Shown: positions 1 to 13,073, counted from the first letter of the whole stretch. The stretch is DNA of 63,809 nucleotides, filler included, from Octopus bimaculoides (GCF_001194135.2; 6 parts of 5 records of this genome joined end to end with filler, not necessarily neighbours in it); one strand, 5' to 3'. Numbers and translations: made by a program. Notes: generated from the sequence alone by a model not told the origin.

Positions 1-83
1 AAAGTTGATATATATGATATTATAATGTATTATATATATAATATATAATAATATAAAATATATACATATGTACGTGTACGAGT

Positions 84-133
<50 letters not shown>

Positions 134-240
134 TGATATATTATATATATATACATATAATAATAATAATAATAAATACATATATAATGATGTAATATAA
201 TACAATATTATATATTATATAAATAATATATAATATGTAT
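1..240. repeat. (TA)n/(AAT)n-rich low-complexity tract
   Basis: Directly visible; perfect (TA)n run at about 88-131. Confidence 0.95.
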
Positions 241-1282
241 ATATCTGTGAGAATAGTGTTATGGTCAATTCTGGCTTTAAAGGACTAAATATAGATAATT
301 AAAAAGGATATTTGTTTATCATCCAGCAAGTATGAACAAGTGAAACGTAATAAGCAAGAAATATGTAATTAGTAGTATGTATGTCATGAGGAAAGGATAC
401 CATTATCTGAATATAAGTTTATTTTATTATTTTAACAATTATAGAAGAGGCAAATCTACTTATTTTTGTCTTATTAGACCTTCTTAGCAAAGCATAAACT
501 TCACCACACTAGCCAATGCACTCTAGAGGGAACAACTATGTAATCATGCAGAAGAGTAGATGCTTATACGATATAAAATCAAGTGATTTATTGTGAATTT
601 ATTCAACACTTTATAATTCAAATATACATTATTATTTGTTACTAATTTCACTTAAAAAGCTTACTAGGTGAAGTAAAATTTGTTTTCAGACCTATTACAA
701 TAATAATTATAAGAATTATAACGTTAGTTACTGATATTTTACATACAAATATAAGATTAAATATCTTTAGTAATTATGAACATGAATATAATTATGTCAG
801 AATAAATATTCAAACATATTATTTATTTGGCGATATATTTATTAATTTGAGAAGAAAAATTCGTTTACGTCAAACAGTATCACATTTGCAATGGACATAA
901 AACGCTGCATCACCTGGTTATTGGCTGCTTTGGAGGTATCATTGTGACAAACATTCAAACTTCACATCACTTATCATGCAATCATTCGTTTCCAGATGGT
1001 CAGACCAGATCATCAGACACTCTATTTCATCAACCTGAGATGGTCGACGAAGGTTATTTTTACTGTTCTTTCTTTCATTGACAAATTTCTACAAACAAAT
1101 TCAACTAACTTTTGTGAGATTTATCTTTCGTTTATTTCAGGAGTTGATTAAAATAAGTGTTAATCAAGTCCTGGATTGAAATTAATCGATCATCTCCCTC
1201 CAATCATATCTGTGACGCTATATCGATGTAAAAAATTCACTGATCAAGCAAACTTAAGATCAAAGCCGTTTGCATTTTGTCT

Positions 1283-1370
1283 CGTAGTGGTATATAGGAC
1301 TATACTATCTAGCGTAGTGGTATATAGGACTATACTATCTAGCGTAGTGGTATATAGGACTATACTATCT
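1283..1370. repeat. 30-bp tandem repeat, about 3 copies
   Basis: Unit cgtagtggtatataggactatactatctag at 1283, 1313 and 1343 (third copy 28 bp), identical, no spacers. Confidence 0.95.
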
Positions 1371-1527
1371 ATCTTTCTCTGTTTTTCAATGTATACTGAA
1401 GTTTGAGGAGGTTTGAATGTTATTTTGCAACCGATCCAAGGATTTCATAGAGGTTGTCGCCTTATTTTCTCGTAATTGAAGAAATTTTTTTCTTAATATT
1501 CTTATTACAGGTTCTGTTAATATCTCA

Positions 1528-1530
<3 letters not shown>

Positions 1531-1584
<54 letters not shown>
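1531..1584. repeat. (TTA)n microsatellite
   Basis: Directly visible. Confidence 0.95.
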
Positions 1585-1586
<2 letters not shown>

Positions 1587-1597
1587 CATTATTACCA

Positions 1598-1770
1598 GAA
1601 TCTTTAGCACGCCGGACAAAATGCTTAGCGGCATTTTGCCTGTCTTTATGTTCTGAGTTCAGATGCCGCCGAGGTCAACTTTATCTTTCAGGAGCGACAA
1701 AATAAGTACCAGCTGAATACTGGGGTCAATGTAATCAAGTGACCTTCTCCTCCACCATTTCGGGCCTTAG
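1598..1770 (+). mobile_element. tRNA-derived SINE, family B (window label), copy 1
   Basis: B-box-like gagttcagatgcc, then the family core gaggtcaactt...aaaataagtaccag...ctggggtcaatg shared with 1771-1972 and, reversed, with 7830-8010 and 44598-44785. Confidence 0.75.
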
Positions 1771-1972
1771 CATAATCGTTAGCGTGCTGGATGAAATGCT
1801 TAGCGGTATTTCGCCCGTTGCTACGTTCTTAGTTCAAATTCCGTCGAGGCTGACTTTGCCTTTCATCCCTCGGGGTCGATAAAATAAGTACCAGTTGAAC
1901 ACTGGCGTCGATGTAATTGACTCATTCCCTCCCCCAAACTGGTTGCCTTTGTGGCAAAATTTAAAGCCATTA
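1771..1972 (+). mobile_element. tRNA-derived SINE, family B, copy 2 (tandem)
   Basis: B-box-like agttcaaattcc; core ctttgcctttcatccctcggggtcgataaaataagtaccag; ends in an (ATT)n tail. Confidence 0.8.
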
Positions 1973-2137
1973 TTATTAATAGTATTGTTGTTGTTGTTGT
2001 TATATGTTTGGCTTTTGTATTGGATTTGTGCAAGTTGACTCCAAGTCTCGCCCAAAGACCTCAAGAAACAACAGGTTAGAAGTTCAAGTTAGTGTTATGA
2101 CTAGGGCGCCATAATTTTGGTTTTGCACAAAGTATTG

Positions 2138-2196
<59 letters not shown>

Positions 2197-2590
2197 GTTG
2201 ATGAAAACTCACGGCTTATTTTGCTGGATATGATGGAAAGTGTCAGCTGTCCACAGCTAGCAGACTAAGGTGACACTTGTTTACTGGTCATGGTTCAAGA
2301 ACCCGGCGAAGAATTCTTGCAATTCCAAGCAATGCTGATTTTTGTAGGTGTTCTACCTTTATATTTGTACCAATCTCTTTGAGACATGTTGACAGTTGAG
2401 TACTGATACTTCCAAGTGCGCCAATTACTATTGGTATAACGTCTACTCTCCAAATTGACCACAGCCATCGTATTTCCCACTTCAAATCATCGTAGTTGTT
2501 CAGCTTTTCTTCTACTTTCTCTTTGATCCTGTTGTCACCGAGACATGCTATATCGATTATCATGCATGTTCTTTCTTTTTTCCCCACAAC
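2197..2590 (-). mobile_element. R4/Dong-type (RLE) non-LTR retrotransposon 3' end, copy 1
   Basis: ORF 2288-2587 has restriction-like endonuclease motifs IIDIAC..D, K..KY.DL..EI..LW, PIVIGALG and QKSALLG.ARILR.VL; short 3'UTR runs into (TAA)n. Confidence 0.85.
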
Positions 2591-2601
2591 TATTATTATT
2601 A

Positions 2602-3512
2602 TATGAAAACTCTCAGCTTATTTTGCTGGGTATGATGGAAAGTGTCGGCTGTCCACAGCCAGCAGAATAAGGTGACACTTGTTCACTGGTCATGCTTCAA
2701 AAACCCCGTGAAGAATTCTTGCAGTTCCAAGCAATGCTGACTTTTGTAGCACTTCTACCTTCACACTTGCACCAATGTTTTTGAGCCATGATGGTAGTTG
2801 AGTGCTGATACTTCCAAGTGCACCAATTACGATTGGTATCACGTCTACTCTCTTCATTGATCACAACCTTCGTATTTCTCACTTTAAATCGTCACAATTT
2901 TTATTTTTTTCTTCCACTTTCACATTGATCCTGTTGTCACCAGGGAATGCTATGTCGATAATCATATATGTTCTTTTTTATTCACCATAACAATGTCCGG
3001 TTTCCTATATCTGGTCAGGTGATCGCACTGGATCATTACATCCTATAGGATTTTGCAGTTCTCACTTTCGGTAACTCCTTCTGGCGTTTGTTCATACCAC
3101 GTCTTTGCTCTTTGTAGGCCGAGATTTCCACAGAGTTCCCACTGGATCATTCTTACCACATTGTCATGGCGTCGTTTGTATTCGCGTTGCTCCAATTTCG
3201 GGCATTCGTTAACGATGTGCCATACCGTTTCACCTCTCCCACTACACATTCTGCATCTGTCGCTATTGGCAGTGTTGTCAATTCTGCACTTCATATAATT
3301 GGCCCTTAACGCTTGTTCCTGAGCTGCGCATATGAGTGCTTCTGTGTCTATCTTCAGGTCACTACTCCTCATCTGTAGCCACCGGTCCTCTGTATTTGTC
3401 TTGGCGTTCACATCTCTTGCAAATTGACCGTACGTTTTTTCCTTCCATGCTTTTCCATTTTTTTGTTCATTTCTTGTTTAAATTATTCAGTTTTGATGAC
3501 ACTAACCTTCTT
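2602..3512 (-). mobile_element. R4/Dong-type (RLE) non-LTR retrotransposon 3' end, copy 2
   Basis: ORF 3043-3411: DLK..TEALICAAQEQAL, CCHC knuckle CRMC..ETVWHIVNEC, RHD motif; then RKPDIV and IIDIAFPGD with frameshifts. The 3'UTR closely resembles copy 1; (TAA) tracts flank both sides. Confidence 0.85.
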
Positions 3513-3699
3513 CGTATTATTATTATTACTACTTACTTATTTACTTACTTTGTTGTTGGTTTGTTTCGCACGAACTGTGCCAAGTTTCACCAAGAAACAG
3601 CATGTCGGACGTTTTGCTAAGGGCATGATTAGAAATGATACATTGGAGAAGGAGACTAGAATTTCAGAGCTAAAATTCTGTTACGTTTGTAATATATCA

Positions 3700-3768
3700 G
3701 CTTTTAAGGAGTCTTAAGGTAATCCGGTATTTTCAAGTCGACAATGCTTTTCTTAGGATGTGGGCAAT
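3700..3768 (-). mobile_element. 3' tip of another RLE-type LINE
   Basis: Minus strand reads AHILRKALST*, resembling the C-terminal ILR.VL motif of RLE LINEs, next to an (AAT) tract. Confidence 0.45.
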
Positions 3769-3790
3769 AATAATAATAATAATAATGATA

Positions 3791-3876
<86 letters not shown>
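3766..3876. repeat. (AAT)n switching to (TAT)n, running into a gap
   Basis: Directly visible. Confidence 0.9.
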
Positions 3877-4226
3877 NNNNNNNNNNNNNNNNNNNNNNNN
3901 NNNNNNNNNNNNNNNNNNNNNNNNNNNNNNNNNNNNNNNNNNNNNNNNNNNNNNNNNNNNNNNNNNNNNNNNNNNNNNNNNNNNNNNNNNNNNNNNNNNN
4001 NNNNNNNNNNNNNNNNNNNNNNNNNNNNNNNNNNNNNNNNNNNNNNNNNNNNNNNNNNNNNNNNNNNNNNNNNNNNNNNNNNNNNNNNNNNNNNNNNNNN
4101 NNNNNNNNNNNNNNNNNNNNNNNNNNNNNNNNNNNNNNNNNNNNNNNNNNNNNNNNNNNNNNNNNNNNNNNNNNNNNNNNNNNNNNNNNNNNNNNNNNNN
4201 NNNNNNNNNNNNNNNNNNNNNNNNNN

Positions 4227-4258
<32 letters not shown>

Positions 4259-4338
4259 ACACACACACACACAAACAGACATACACACATGTGTGTATCT
4301 ACATTTATTTATGTTTGTGTATATATACATATATATAC

Positions 4339-4433
4339 ATTCATTATCAAAGTAAGGAATTAACAATTTTCCTATAAACGGATTAGGATCAACAGACATT
4401 GGAATACATATTTCTGATAAAAATGGATTCCCA
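4339..4433 (-). CDS. Candidate exon 7 of unidentified minus-strand gene (GNPFLSEICIPMSVDPNPFIGKLLIPYFDNE)
   Basis: Strong acceptor (T-rich tract + CCAG); only one frame open; phase 2 start matches exon 8720-8834; donor GTATAT is weak. Confidence 0.5.
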
Positions 4434-4849
4434 CTGGAAAAAAAAGAAGAAAAACACTAACAAAACAAACACCATTATATTTTAATCGTTGATCTATTAA
4501 AATGTATTAAATGTTTTATTTTCATCGTTCACCATATATTGTCATGACAACCAAAGCGAATGAGTATTATTTCATATAAAGGTTAATCTAGCATCTTATT
4601 TTGTATAGAATTTGGACTGGATGTTGAACAACTTAATTTTATACAAAATCTGGTGTATTCTTAATAATTAAAGAGTGTATTCGCTCGCTCCTTGCTTGGC
4701 TGCGGTAGTCATCCTTGTTGACGATGCTGAATGATGACGATTAAACAAAAAATAAAATAAGATAACATAAATATTAAAATATGTATATATAACTTTCCTT
4801 GCATTATGTATCTAGCTGAAGAGTTGACATTGCGTTTTTGACATTGTCA

Positions 4850-6000
4850 CTACATCTACAGTACTCTGTGAAGGTCTCAATAGGTCTCACATACAAATGA
4901 CCATGCACAACCAGATCAGTTCCTAAGAATTTATTTTACATCATATGAATGTGAGAATCCTGTAAATCCTATCGTTGGCCTGTTATTTTATTTAGTGATT
5001 CAACATTGAAGTTTATTGAGTGTCATTGCGAAAATCACTCGAAATTGAGACTAAACGCATCAGGGTGAATGGCAGAGTGGATTTGAAAAGTCTAAGTTTA
5101 ATTCCTGACACACTGACATATTTTCCATAATTTCAACTTCTTCAACAATATGGCCTTCAGTCATGCACTCATGAAAATGGGTTATTAGAATTATTGTTCC
5201 ATTGCCAAGTCCGTTAACCTTATTTAAATTTCACAATAGTGTTACAAAACATCCCTTTTATTAAATCAAATTATGCGGGGGAAGGAAAGGGAGCCACTCT
5301 GTAATTACTGCTGATTATGTCCATTGGATAATTGTACAAATTATTTTTATCAGCGCACTAATCCATGCTTTTGTAAGTGACTGATTCTCCATCAAATATT
5401 TTGATAGTCTCTTCATTTACAGAATCAATAACATAATTAGCAGTGGATAGTATTGCTAAGTTTATGCGGTTTGAAATATTCAATGCCCGTTATTTGACTT
5501 ATCATTTCATGTTCATTTGATAGCACCTCAACGTCATTTTTAGAAGTTTACTCTTATTTCATAGTCCAGCTTCTCCAATGTTTCGTCGACATGGAACAGA
5601 AAATCGGACCATTCATGGTCCTCACAACTCAGTTAAAGTAGGAAGTGTTTTTCTAAAATCATCTAGAAATAACATGATGTTATCGTCATTAAAACATAAA
5701 TTATTTTACGGAAGATCACGAAATGTGCAATAAACAGTTTGATGGACACATTCTTTGACATTTGTAGCGCTTCCGCCCAACACATGAAATCATAGTCACG
5801 GAGTCTTTTTGCCAGTTTCCTGTTGACATCAATACGTCAAACAAAATCCCTGTCAACAGAAATTTGATCATGGGAAGGTGAACAAGCAGTTGCAGAACTA
5901 CTTCCTTAGAACGATGCAGCCTGGTATAATGCAACAGTGAGAACTGCTTCAACATACTCAAAACATTTTCGGAATCTTTGAGACAACGATCGTATCTAGG
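4850..6000 (-). mobile_element. Helitron Pif1-like helicase relic
   Basis: Manual translation across frameshifts gives motifs in the expected order: LAKRLRDYDFMCWAEA (WDEA), IMLFLDDFRKTLP (GGDFRQ.LP), PHNL, GLGNGT, IKL..STLPFTL.R, FAMTLNKLQ (FAMTINKSQG), HGHLYV (HGQLYV). Confidence 0.8.
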
Positions 6001-6416
6001 AGCGTGCATGATTCACTTCAAAATGATTTTCAATAGTTCTACAAAGTTTCGGGAAAACTTTACAGAAATAAATATATTGATCATGTTCACATAAAGCAGT
6101 GACACTAGGTCCCCTACTATTTTCTCCAGACTCTAGTAGAACGGCTACTATTACAGAAGCAGTGAGAGTACAGTATTCCTAGTACAACGTATACAAATGA
6201 CCAAATTGATATCAGTAACTAATTTAGATATGTGGTGTGTAAATGTCCAACTAATCACTACTGTCATACAACAGACTCTGTAGAAATATCAGGGTCTGTT
6301 TATTCAAATGTAACAATGTGCATTCGATGGCTAACCAGAACATCTGTATTATAGATATAAATATGGCAAAAGATGTATTTCTTCAGTTAGCAAGTGAAGT
6401 ACATCACTTTGAAACC

Positions 6417-6459
<43 letters not shown>

Positions 6460-6920
6460 ACTTCTGTTTAAAGACAGGTGCTGACAACATTTTTCCTCAT
6501 TAATAGTGAAACGTCATTTGTTGCATTCGGAATACACTGAATTTGCATCATGTAGAATACACGGAGTTTGACTAATTTTACGTAATAATCATGGCGAAAG
6601 AAGAGAGAAATAATCTTTTTTGTATATACAATATATGATATTATGCTTATCTGGATTTGAACCTCGATCTTATGCTTTACATTAAGCCTTAAATAATGTA
6701 CCTCCTGAAAACAAAAAAACCAATAAAACAACAAAAAACAACCCATGCTTCCCGGTCATCAGGTGAACAACAAGCGAAAAGTCGCTGACGTCTCGAGTAA
6801 CTGACACAACAATCCATATCACTTGATTTCTAGAAGCCCTCCTCTTCTATATTCACTTCATCGCGAAAGCTCTAATGATTGAATTGCAGGTCAAGTTATT
6901 TTAGAAGGTCAAAACAACGC

Positions 6921-6989
6921 ACTCTCTCCCTCCATTCCCTCTCTCTCTCTCTCCCTCCATTCCCTCTCTCTCTCTCTCCCTCCATTCCC
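6921..6989. repeat. CT-rich minisatellite (about 22-bp ctctc..cctccattcc unit) running into a gap
   Basis: Three copies visible before the N run. Confidence 0.85.
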
Positions 6990-7829
6990 NNNNNNNNNNN
7001 NNNNNNNNNNNNNNNNNNNNNNNNNNNNNNNNNNNNNNNNNNNNNNNNNNNNNNNNNNNNNNNNNNNNNNNNNNNNNNNNNNNNNNNNNNNNNNNNNNNN
7101 NNNNNNNNNNNNNNNNNNNNNNNNNNNNNNNNNNNNNNNNNNNNNNNNNNNNNNNNNNNNNNNNNNNNNNNNNNNNNNNNNNNNNNNNNNNNNNNNNNNN
7201 NNNNNNNNNNNNNNNNNNNNNNNNNNNNNNNNNNNNNNNNNNNNNNNNNNNNNNNNNNNNNNNNNNNNNNNNNNNNNNNNNNNNNNNNNNNNNNNNNNNN
7301 NNNNNNNNNNNNNNNNNNNNNNNNNNNNNNNNNNNNNNNNNNNNNNNNNNNNNNNNNNNNNNNNNNNNNNNNNNNNNNNNNNNNNNNNNNNNNNNNNNNN
7401 NNNNNNNNNNNNNNNNNNNNNNNNNNNNNNNNNNNNNNNNNNNACACATGGAGCAATAAAAAATGATTAAATATTAGAAAAATACTTTGTAGTGTATATT
7501 CTTCAGAAAAAATAAAAAATTTGATGAAAAATTATGAAGTACCTTCTTATTATTCTATGATTATTCTAGTTATTAGTTCGACAAATTATATGACTTTATT
7601 TATGAGAGAATACTACTCAGGAAAAAATAATCATTTTATTTACTAAGTATTAATATAATTTTGCGAGTGGAGATTTAAAAATTAATTAATATGAAAATAT
7701 ATTATATTAGTACAAGTGTATATCTTGCAGGTATCAGGAGACAAAGATAACTTTGCATGGAATGCAAATTGGAAAGCAGAAGTGGCGAAGTTAAAAGAAT
7801 GCCGTAAATTACAATAACCCTTTCAGATA

Positions 7830-8010
7830 TAGGTACAAAGTTTGAAAAGTTATGAGAAGGGGACAATAGTTTACATCAACCCCAATACTTGATTGGTACT
7901 TACTCTGTCGATCCCAAAAGGGAGAAAGGCAAAGTTAACCTCGGCGGAATTTCAACGCGGAATGTAAAGACGGACAAAATCCCGCTAAGCATTTTTTGTC
8001 CGTCGGGTTC
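7830..8010 (-). mobile_element. SINE family B copy
   Basis: Reverse complement of the 1771-1972 core (gtcgatcccaaaagggagaaaggcaaagttaacctcggcggaattt). Confidence 0.75.
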
Positions 8011-8719
8011 TGTAATAAGCATTCCAATACATCCCAATATGGAAGTAAGACAGAAATTTTAACATCACTTGTCCTCTTTATCTGCGAAAGATTTATCGAT
8101 AAAATTTTGTTCACAATTAACATTATTGATTCCTAGCATTGGCAGAAGACCACAACACTTGGGAGAAGAAACAGCTAACCCTAAGAATTTAACTTCAGAC
8201 ATTTTATCATCCCATCTCAAGGAGGAATGCCAAAGATGACTTTGGCAGAATTTGGACTCTAAACAGAACAAATTACTTCTAAAATATTTCACACACACAC
8301 GCACGCACACGCGCACGCACGCACACACGCACGCACGCACACACACACACACACATACACAAACACAAACACACACACACACACACACACAAACGCACGC
8401 ACACACACACACACACACATTATATACATAGGAACTTGATTACATACAGCGGGTATAGTTTGTAATGTTTTATAGATTTTAAAATGTGGTCACAGTTATT
8501 GTGTCTTAATATTCCATTTGCTATCTTTCACCTATGCACACAAGCATGCAACCTCAAATTGATAGATTCGTGAGTGCGTGTGTTCTTGCGTGTGTATGTG
8601 TGTGGAGGGTTGTACTTTCTCCATACATATATGCATAATGCATACAAGCATCCATCCATCCATCCATCCATCCATCCATCCATCCATCCATCCATCCATC
8701 CACCCATGCATGTACATAC

Positions 8720-8834
8720 GTTAACATCTCTTGGGCCATCAATTCTTGATGGTTCGTAAAATCGTAAGGCATGTTTTGAACATTTTCAAACCTGGCAGAG
8801 CTCCATTCGCTCAAGCTCTTAATATGGCCAAATT
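8720..8834 (-). CDS. Candidate exon 6 ([39 protein letters not shown])
   Basis: CT-rich tract upstream; good donor AC|GTATGT; single open frame, phase 1 to 2. Requires the second AG (cagTAAG) rather than the first CAG, which weakens the call. Confidence 0.5.
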
Positions 8835-9004
8835 CTTACTGAGTGGAAGGGGGAGAGAGAGATAGAGAGAGAGAGGCGGGAGGAACTCACGGCGAGGTAG
8901 AAAGAAAGGGAGAGACGGAGAGAGAGAAGTGGAGAGAAAGAGACTTATTGAGAGGGAGAAAGAGAAAGAAAAAATGGACAGTAAGATATAGATAAAGAAG
9001 AGAT

Positions 9005-9065
9005 TCGAACCCAGTACAGAACTGGTAATTTATTTATCGAAGGGACAAAAGGCAAAGTTGAGATG
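9005..9065 (-). mobile_element. SINE family B fragment
   Basis: cccagtacagaactggtaatttatttatcga...aaaggcaaagttga matches the reversed family core. Confidence 0.55.
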
Positions 9066-9653
9066 ATCAGAGCGCAGACAGATGCAACAAGAACAGCCAG
9101 GTAATATATCCGACTCTCTAGAGACACAGCAAAATCACAATATTATAAGCGCACACACACATTACATACAAACACATATATTCAGTTGTTCGAACACACA
9201 TTCACACAAATACACAAATACACACACACACACATACACACACACACACTCATATACATAAATATTATACCTAGAGAGAGAAAAGAAAACGGGTAGTATA
9301 TGTACAATGTAATATACATATAGAGTATGTATAATCATCTATTTAAGTATGTATATATGCATGCGTATACATACATACATACATATATATATANNNNNNN
9401 NNNNNNNNNNNNNNNNNNNNNNNNNNNNNNNNNNNNNNNNNNNNNNNNNNNNNNNNNNNNNNNNNNNNNNNNNNNNNNNNNNNNNNNNNNNNNNNNNNNN
9501 NNNNNNNNNNNNNNNNNNNNNNNNNNNNNNNNNNNNNNNNNNNNNNNNNNNNNNNNNNNNNNNNNNNNNNNNNNNNNNNNNNNNNNNNNNNNNNNNNNNN
9601 NNNNNNNNNNNNNNNNNNNNNNNNNNNNNNNNNNNNNNNNNNNNNNNNNNNNN

Positions 9654-9693
<40 letters not shown>

Positions 9694-10057
9694 GAGAGAA
9701 AGAGAAAGAGAGAGAGTGAGAGAGAGGACAGACCAACAGATAGACAGACATAGTACATGAGTAGTGAGATAGAAAGATAGGTAAGTAGACAGCTAGACAG
9801 ATAGATGGATAAGCAGATAGAAAGATAAGTAGATTGATTGATATATCTGCGTCCATGAATGTATGTATACATATAAGGGTAATTACATAATTGATTAGTA
9901 TACATACAAATATAAAAAAATGTTAACACGTGTACACAGGCGATAACATCACACGACACCTTAATTACTCGTCTTGAGATATCAAACGAAACTATATTTG
10001 CATAAAAGAAATTAATTTACGAAGTATAACTGGGAAAAAATGAACGCGTCAAGTAAG

Positions 10058-10142
<85 letters not shown>

Positions 10143-10222
10143 AGTGTGTGTAGAAAAGGTACATCATCGGTCATATATGTGCATGCAAACACACACATAT
10201 ACACAAAATCACAGGTATTCAA

Positions 10223-10271
<49 letters not shown>

Positions 10272-10369
10272 TACATATGCATACATCCATACAAACAAAT
10301 GGCAGCTCAAAAGGAAATAGACATCCGTCACTATACCACGTTATACCGTTTTATGTGTGAGGACACTAC

Positions 10370-10404
10370 CTGGTTCTTCAAACTTGTTAATGCACAAGGC
10401 ATGT
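10370..10404 (-). CDS. Candidate exon 5 (HALCINKFEEP)
   Basis: Tandem TAGTAG acceptor, donor CAG|GTAGTG, phase 2 to 1 fits both neighbours; weak pyrimidine tract and two frames open. Confidence 0.35.
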
Positions 10405-10517
10405 CTACTAAATACTAGATTAAGTATTTAATTGAATCAAATAACATTATTTTGTTTTTCTAGAAACAAATCTTCCAAAAAACCATGCAGTCTATTTACT
10501 ATACATACATACATACA

Positions 10518-10549
<32 letters not shown>

Positions 10550-10871
10550 ATGTAGGTAGATAGGTTTGTATGTATGTATGTATGTATGTATGTATGTATG
10601 ACACAACTATAATGAAGAGAAGAAATACGAATGAAACAAGCCAAAGTACACTGGGGATAGCTTACAAAATTATATAGAGTTCTTTTTATTGGTGAGCATA
10701 AGAAATTGATTTAAAATTACTAAAGGTTGCTGATTCTAATTACAAGTTAGCATTTAAGTCATACATCTTTTATCTTTTATCTTCACTGATTTCGGCCAGA
10801 GGCTGTGACCATGCTGGAGTATTGACTTTCAGTGAGATTCGAAATCATTTCTGTACTTTTTCTGTTAAAGT

Positions 10872-10919
10872 ATCGCGTTGGACGGAGCTGCCTCCCGCCG
10901 CGATGTGGGTTCGTCTAGT
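10872..10919 (+). mobile_element. Possible Helitron 3' terminus
   Basis: Isolated GC island; hairpin CCCGC-cgcgat-GTGGG (10894-10909), then 5 nt, then CTAG|T (10915-10919). Confidence 0.4.
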
Positions 10920-11021
10920 ATCTCACATAAAAATTTGTTCGGGAGAAGATAATTGTATTTTGTCAATGCAAGTATAATAAAAATGTGTCAGAACCACTTT
11001 TTCAGATACACACACACACAC

Positions 11022-11074
<53 letters not shown>

Positions 11075-11879
11075 ATTCATATATATATATATATATTTGC
11101 ATGAATGTTTCTACGTATATGTATGTGAGTGGGTTTATATACATACACATATATAATATACATATACATACATATATATCATATTTCAGTATATAATACA
11201 TATACATTATTTATTTATCTATTTATAGCAATGCATATATATATTTACACATATGCATNNNNNNNNNNNNNNNNNNNNNNNNNNNNNNNNNNNNNNNNNN
11301 NNNNNNNNNNNNNNNNNNNNNNNNNNNNNNNNNNNNNNNNNNNNNNNNNNNNNNNNNNNNNNNNNNNNNNNNNNNNNNNNNNNNNNNNNNNNNNNNNNNN
11401 NNNNNNNNNNNNNNNNNNNNNNNNNNNNNNNNNNNNNNNNNNNNNNNNNNNNNNNNNNNNNNNNNNNNNNNNNNNNNNNNNNNNNNNNNNNNNNNNNNNN
11501 NNNNNNNNNNNNNNNNNNNNNNNNNNNNNNNNNNNNNNNNNNNNNNNNNNNNNNNNNNNNNNNNNNNNNNNNNNNNNNNNNNNNNNNNNNNNNNNNNNNN
11601 NNNNNNNNNNNNNNNNNNNNNNNNNNNNNNNNNNNNNNNNNNNNNNNNNNNNNNNNNNNNNNNNNNNNNNNNNNNNNNNNNNNNNNNNNNNNNNNNNNNN
11701 NNNNNNNNNNNNNNNNNNNNNNNNNNNNNNNNNNNNNNNNNNNNNNNNNNNNNNNNNNNNNNNNNNNNNNNNNNNNNNNNNNNNNNNNNNNNNNNNNNNN
11801 NNNNNNNNNNNNNNNNNNNNNNNNNNNNNNNNNNNNNNNNNNNNNNNNNNNNNNNNNNNNNNNNNNNNNNNNNNNNNNN

Positions 11880-12013
11880 CCCCGTAACTTAGCGGTTCGG
11901 CAAAAGAGACCGATAGAATAAGTACTAGGCTTCCAAAGAATAAGTCCTGGGGTCGATTTTCTCGACTAAAGGCGGTGCTCCAGCATGACTGAAACAAGTA
12001 AAAGAGTAAAAGA

Positions 12014-12014
<1 letters not shown>
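11880..12014 (+). mobile_element. SINE family A, 3' module (5' part lost in gap)
   Basis: cccgtaacttagcggttcggcaaaagagaccgatagaataagtactagg...gactgaaacaagtaaaagag, as at 44250-44418 and 54530-54702. Confidence 0.85.
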
Positions 12015-12047
<33 letters not shown>

Positions 12048-13073
12048 CAAGTTAAAAATAATGGTCATTACATATCTTTCCATTATTGGAGCAAAATTGG
12101 CTTGCAGCTGTTTCCAGTATCATTATAGGTACATTACTGGTAGGTTTACTCAATTGGTCTATCGATTAAGTGAGAAAAATTGAATGACTTAAAAAAATTA
12201 ATGCTACTTTCGTCAGAGCCATTTCTGGTTATATGTATGTAAGTATGTATGTATGTATGCATGTATGTATGTATGTATGTATGTGTGTGTGTGTGTGTAT
12301 ACACATAAAATATATATTTGTATATAATTGTATATAAATACATATTAGTATACATGTTTGTGTGATTCTACATTCATATGTACGCAGATACATTTGTATA
12401 GAGATGCAAACATAAATACACGAAGATTAAAAAGCAGGCAAAATGTAGGCGTACCTCCATATGACTTCTGTAAACGGTCTTCCCAAAATATAAAAATGTA
12501 AGTTTAGAGATGTATATAATTATTTATTTGTTTTCCAATTAGCAAAAGGCAGCTGATTGCAAATGTGATTAGCATTTATAGTTTTTAAATGTAACAACTG
12601 GTAATTTTTATTATTATAAAACCGAAACGAACAGCACCGAGACAGCTTGAAAACAGACAATGTTATGCGTACAAATGTAGAAATATATATACACAGTAAT
12701 CTATGTGTGTATGCATATATACATACATGCAGATATATATATATATATATATATATATGCACCAACAGGTATAAACTGTACGCATGTATGTATATATATA
12801 TGTATTTATGTACATATGTGTGTATGTATATATATATATGTATTTATGTACATATGTGTGTATGTATATATATATATGTATTTATGTACACATGTGTGTA
12901 TGTATCTACTTGGAGTCGCGTGACTTTGTGTTTAAGGTGTTGCACTCATGATTGTAAGATCGTGGTTTCCATTCCTGGACAATACACATAAACATATGCA
13001 TGTATACACACACACACACACACACATTAATACATATACATTTTACATACATGCTTACATACATACATATGTA

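Noticed and set aside
975-1020. Minus-strand CTGATGA...GAAAC as a hammerhead
   Set aside because: Stem II is bulged; there is no stem III palindrome or stem I.
1283-1370. CRISPR-like array
   Set aside because: Repeats abut with no spacers, no cas genes, eukaryotic context.
4680-4715. Firm Helitron 3' end for the 4850-6000 relic
   Set aside because: GC-rich and well placed, but there is no clean hairpin or CTRR.
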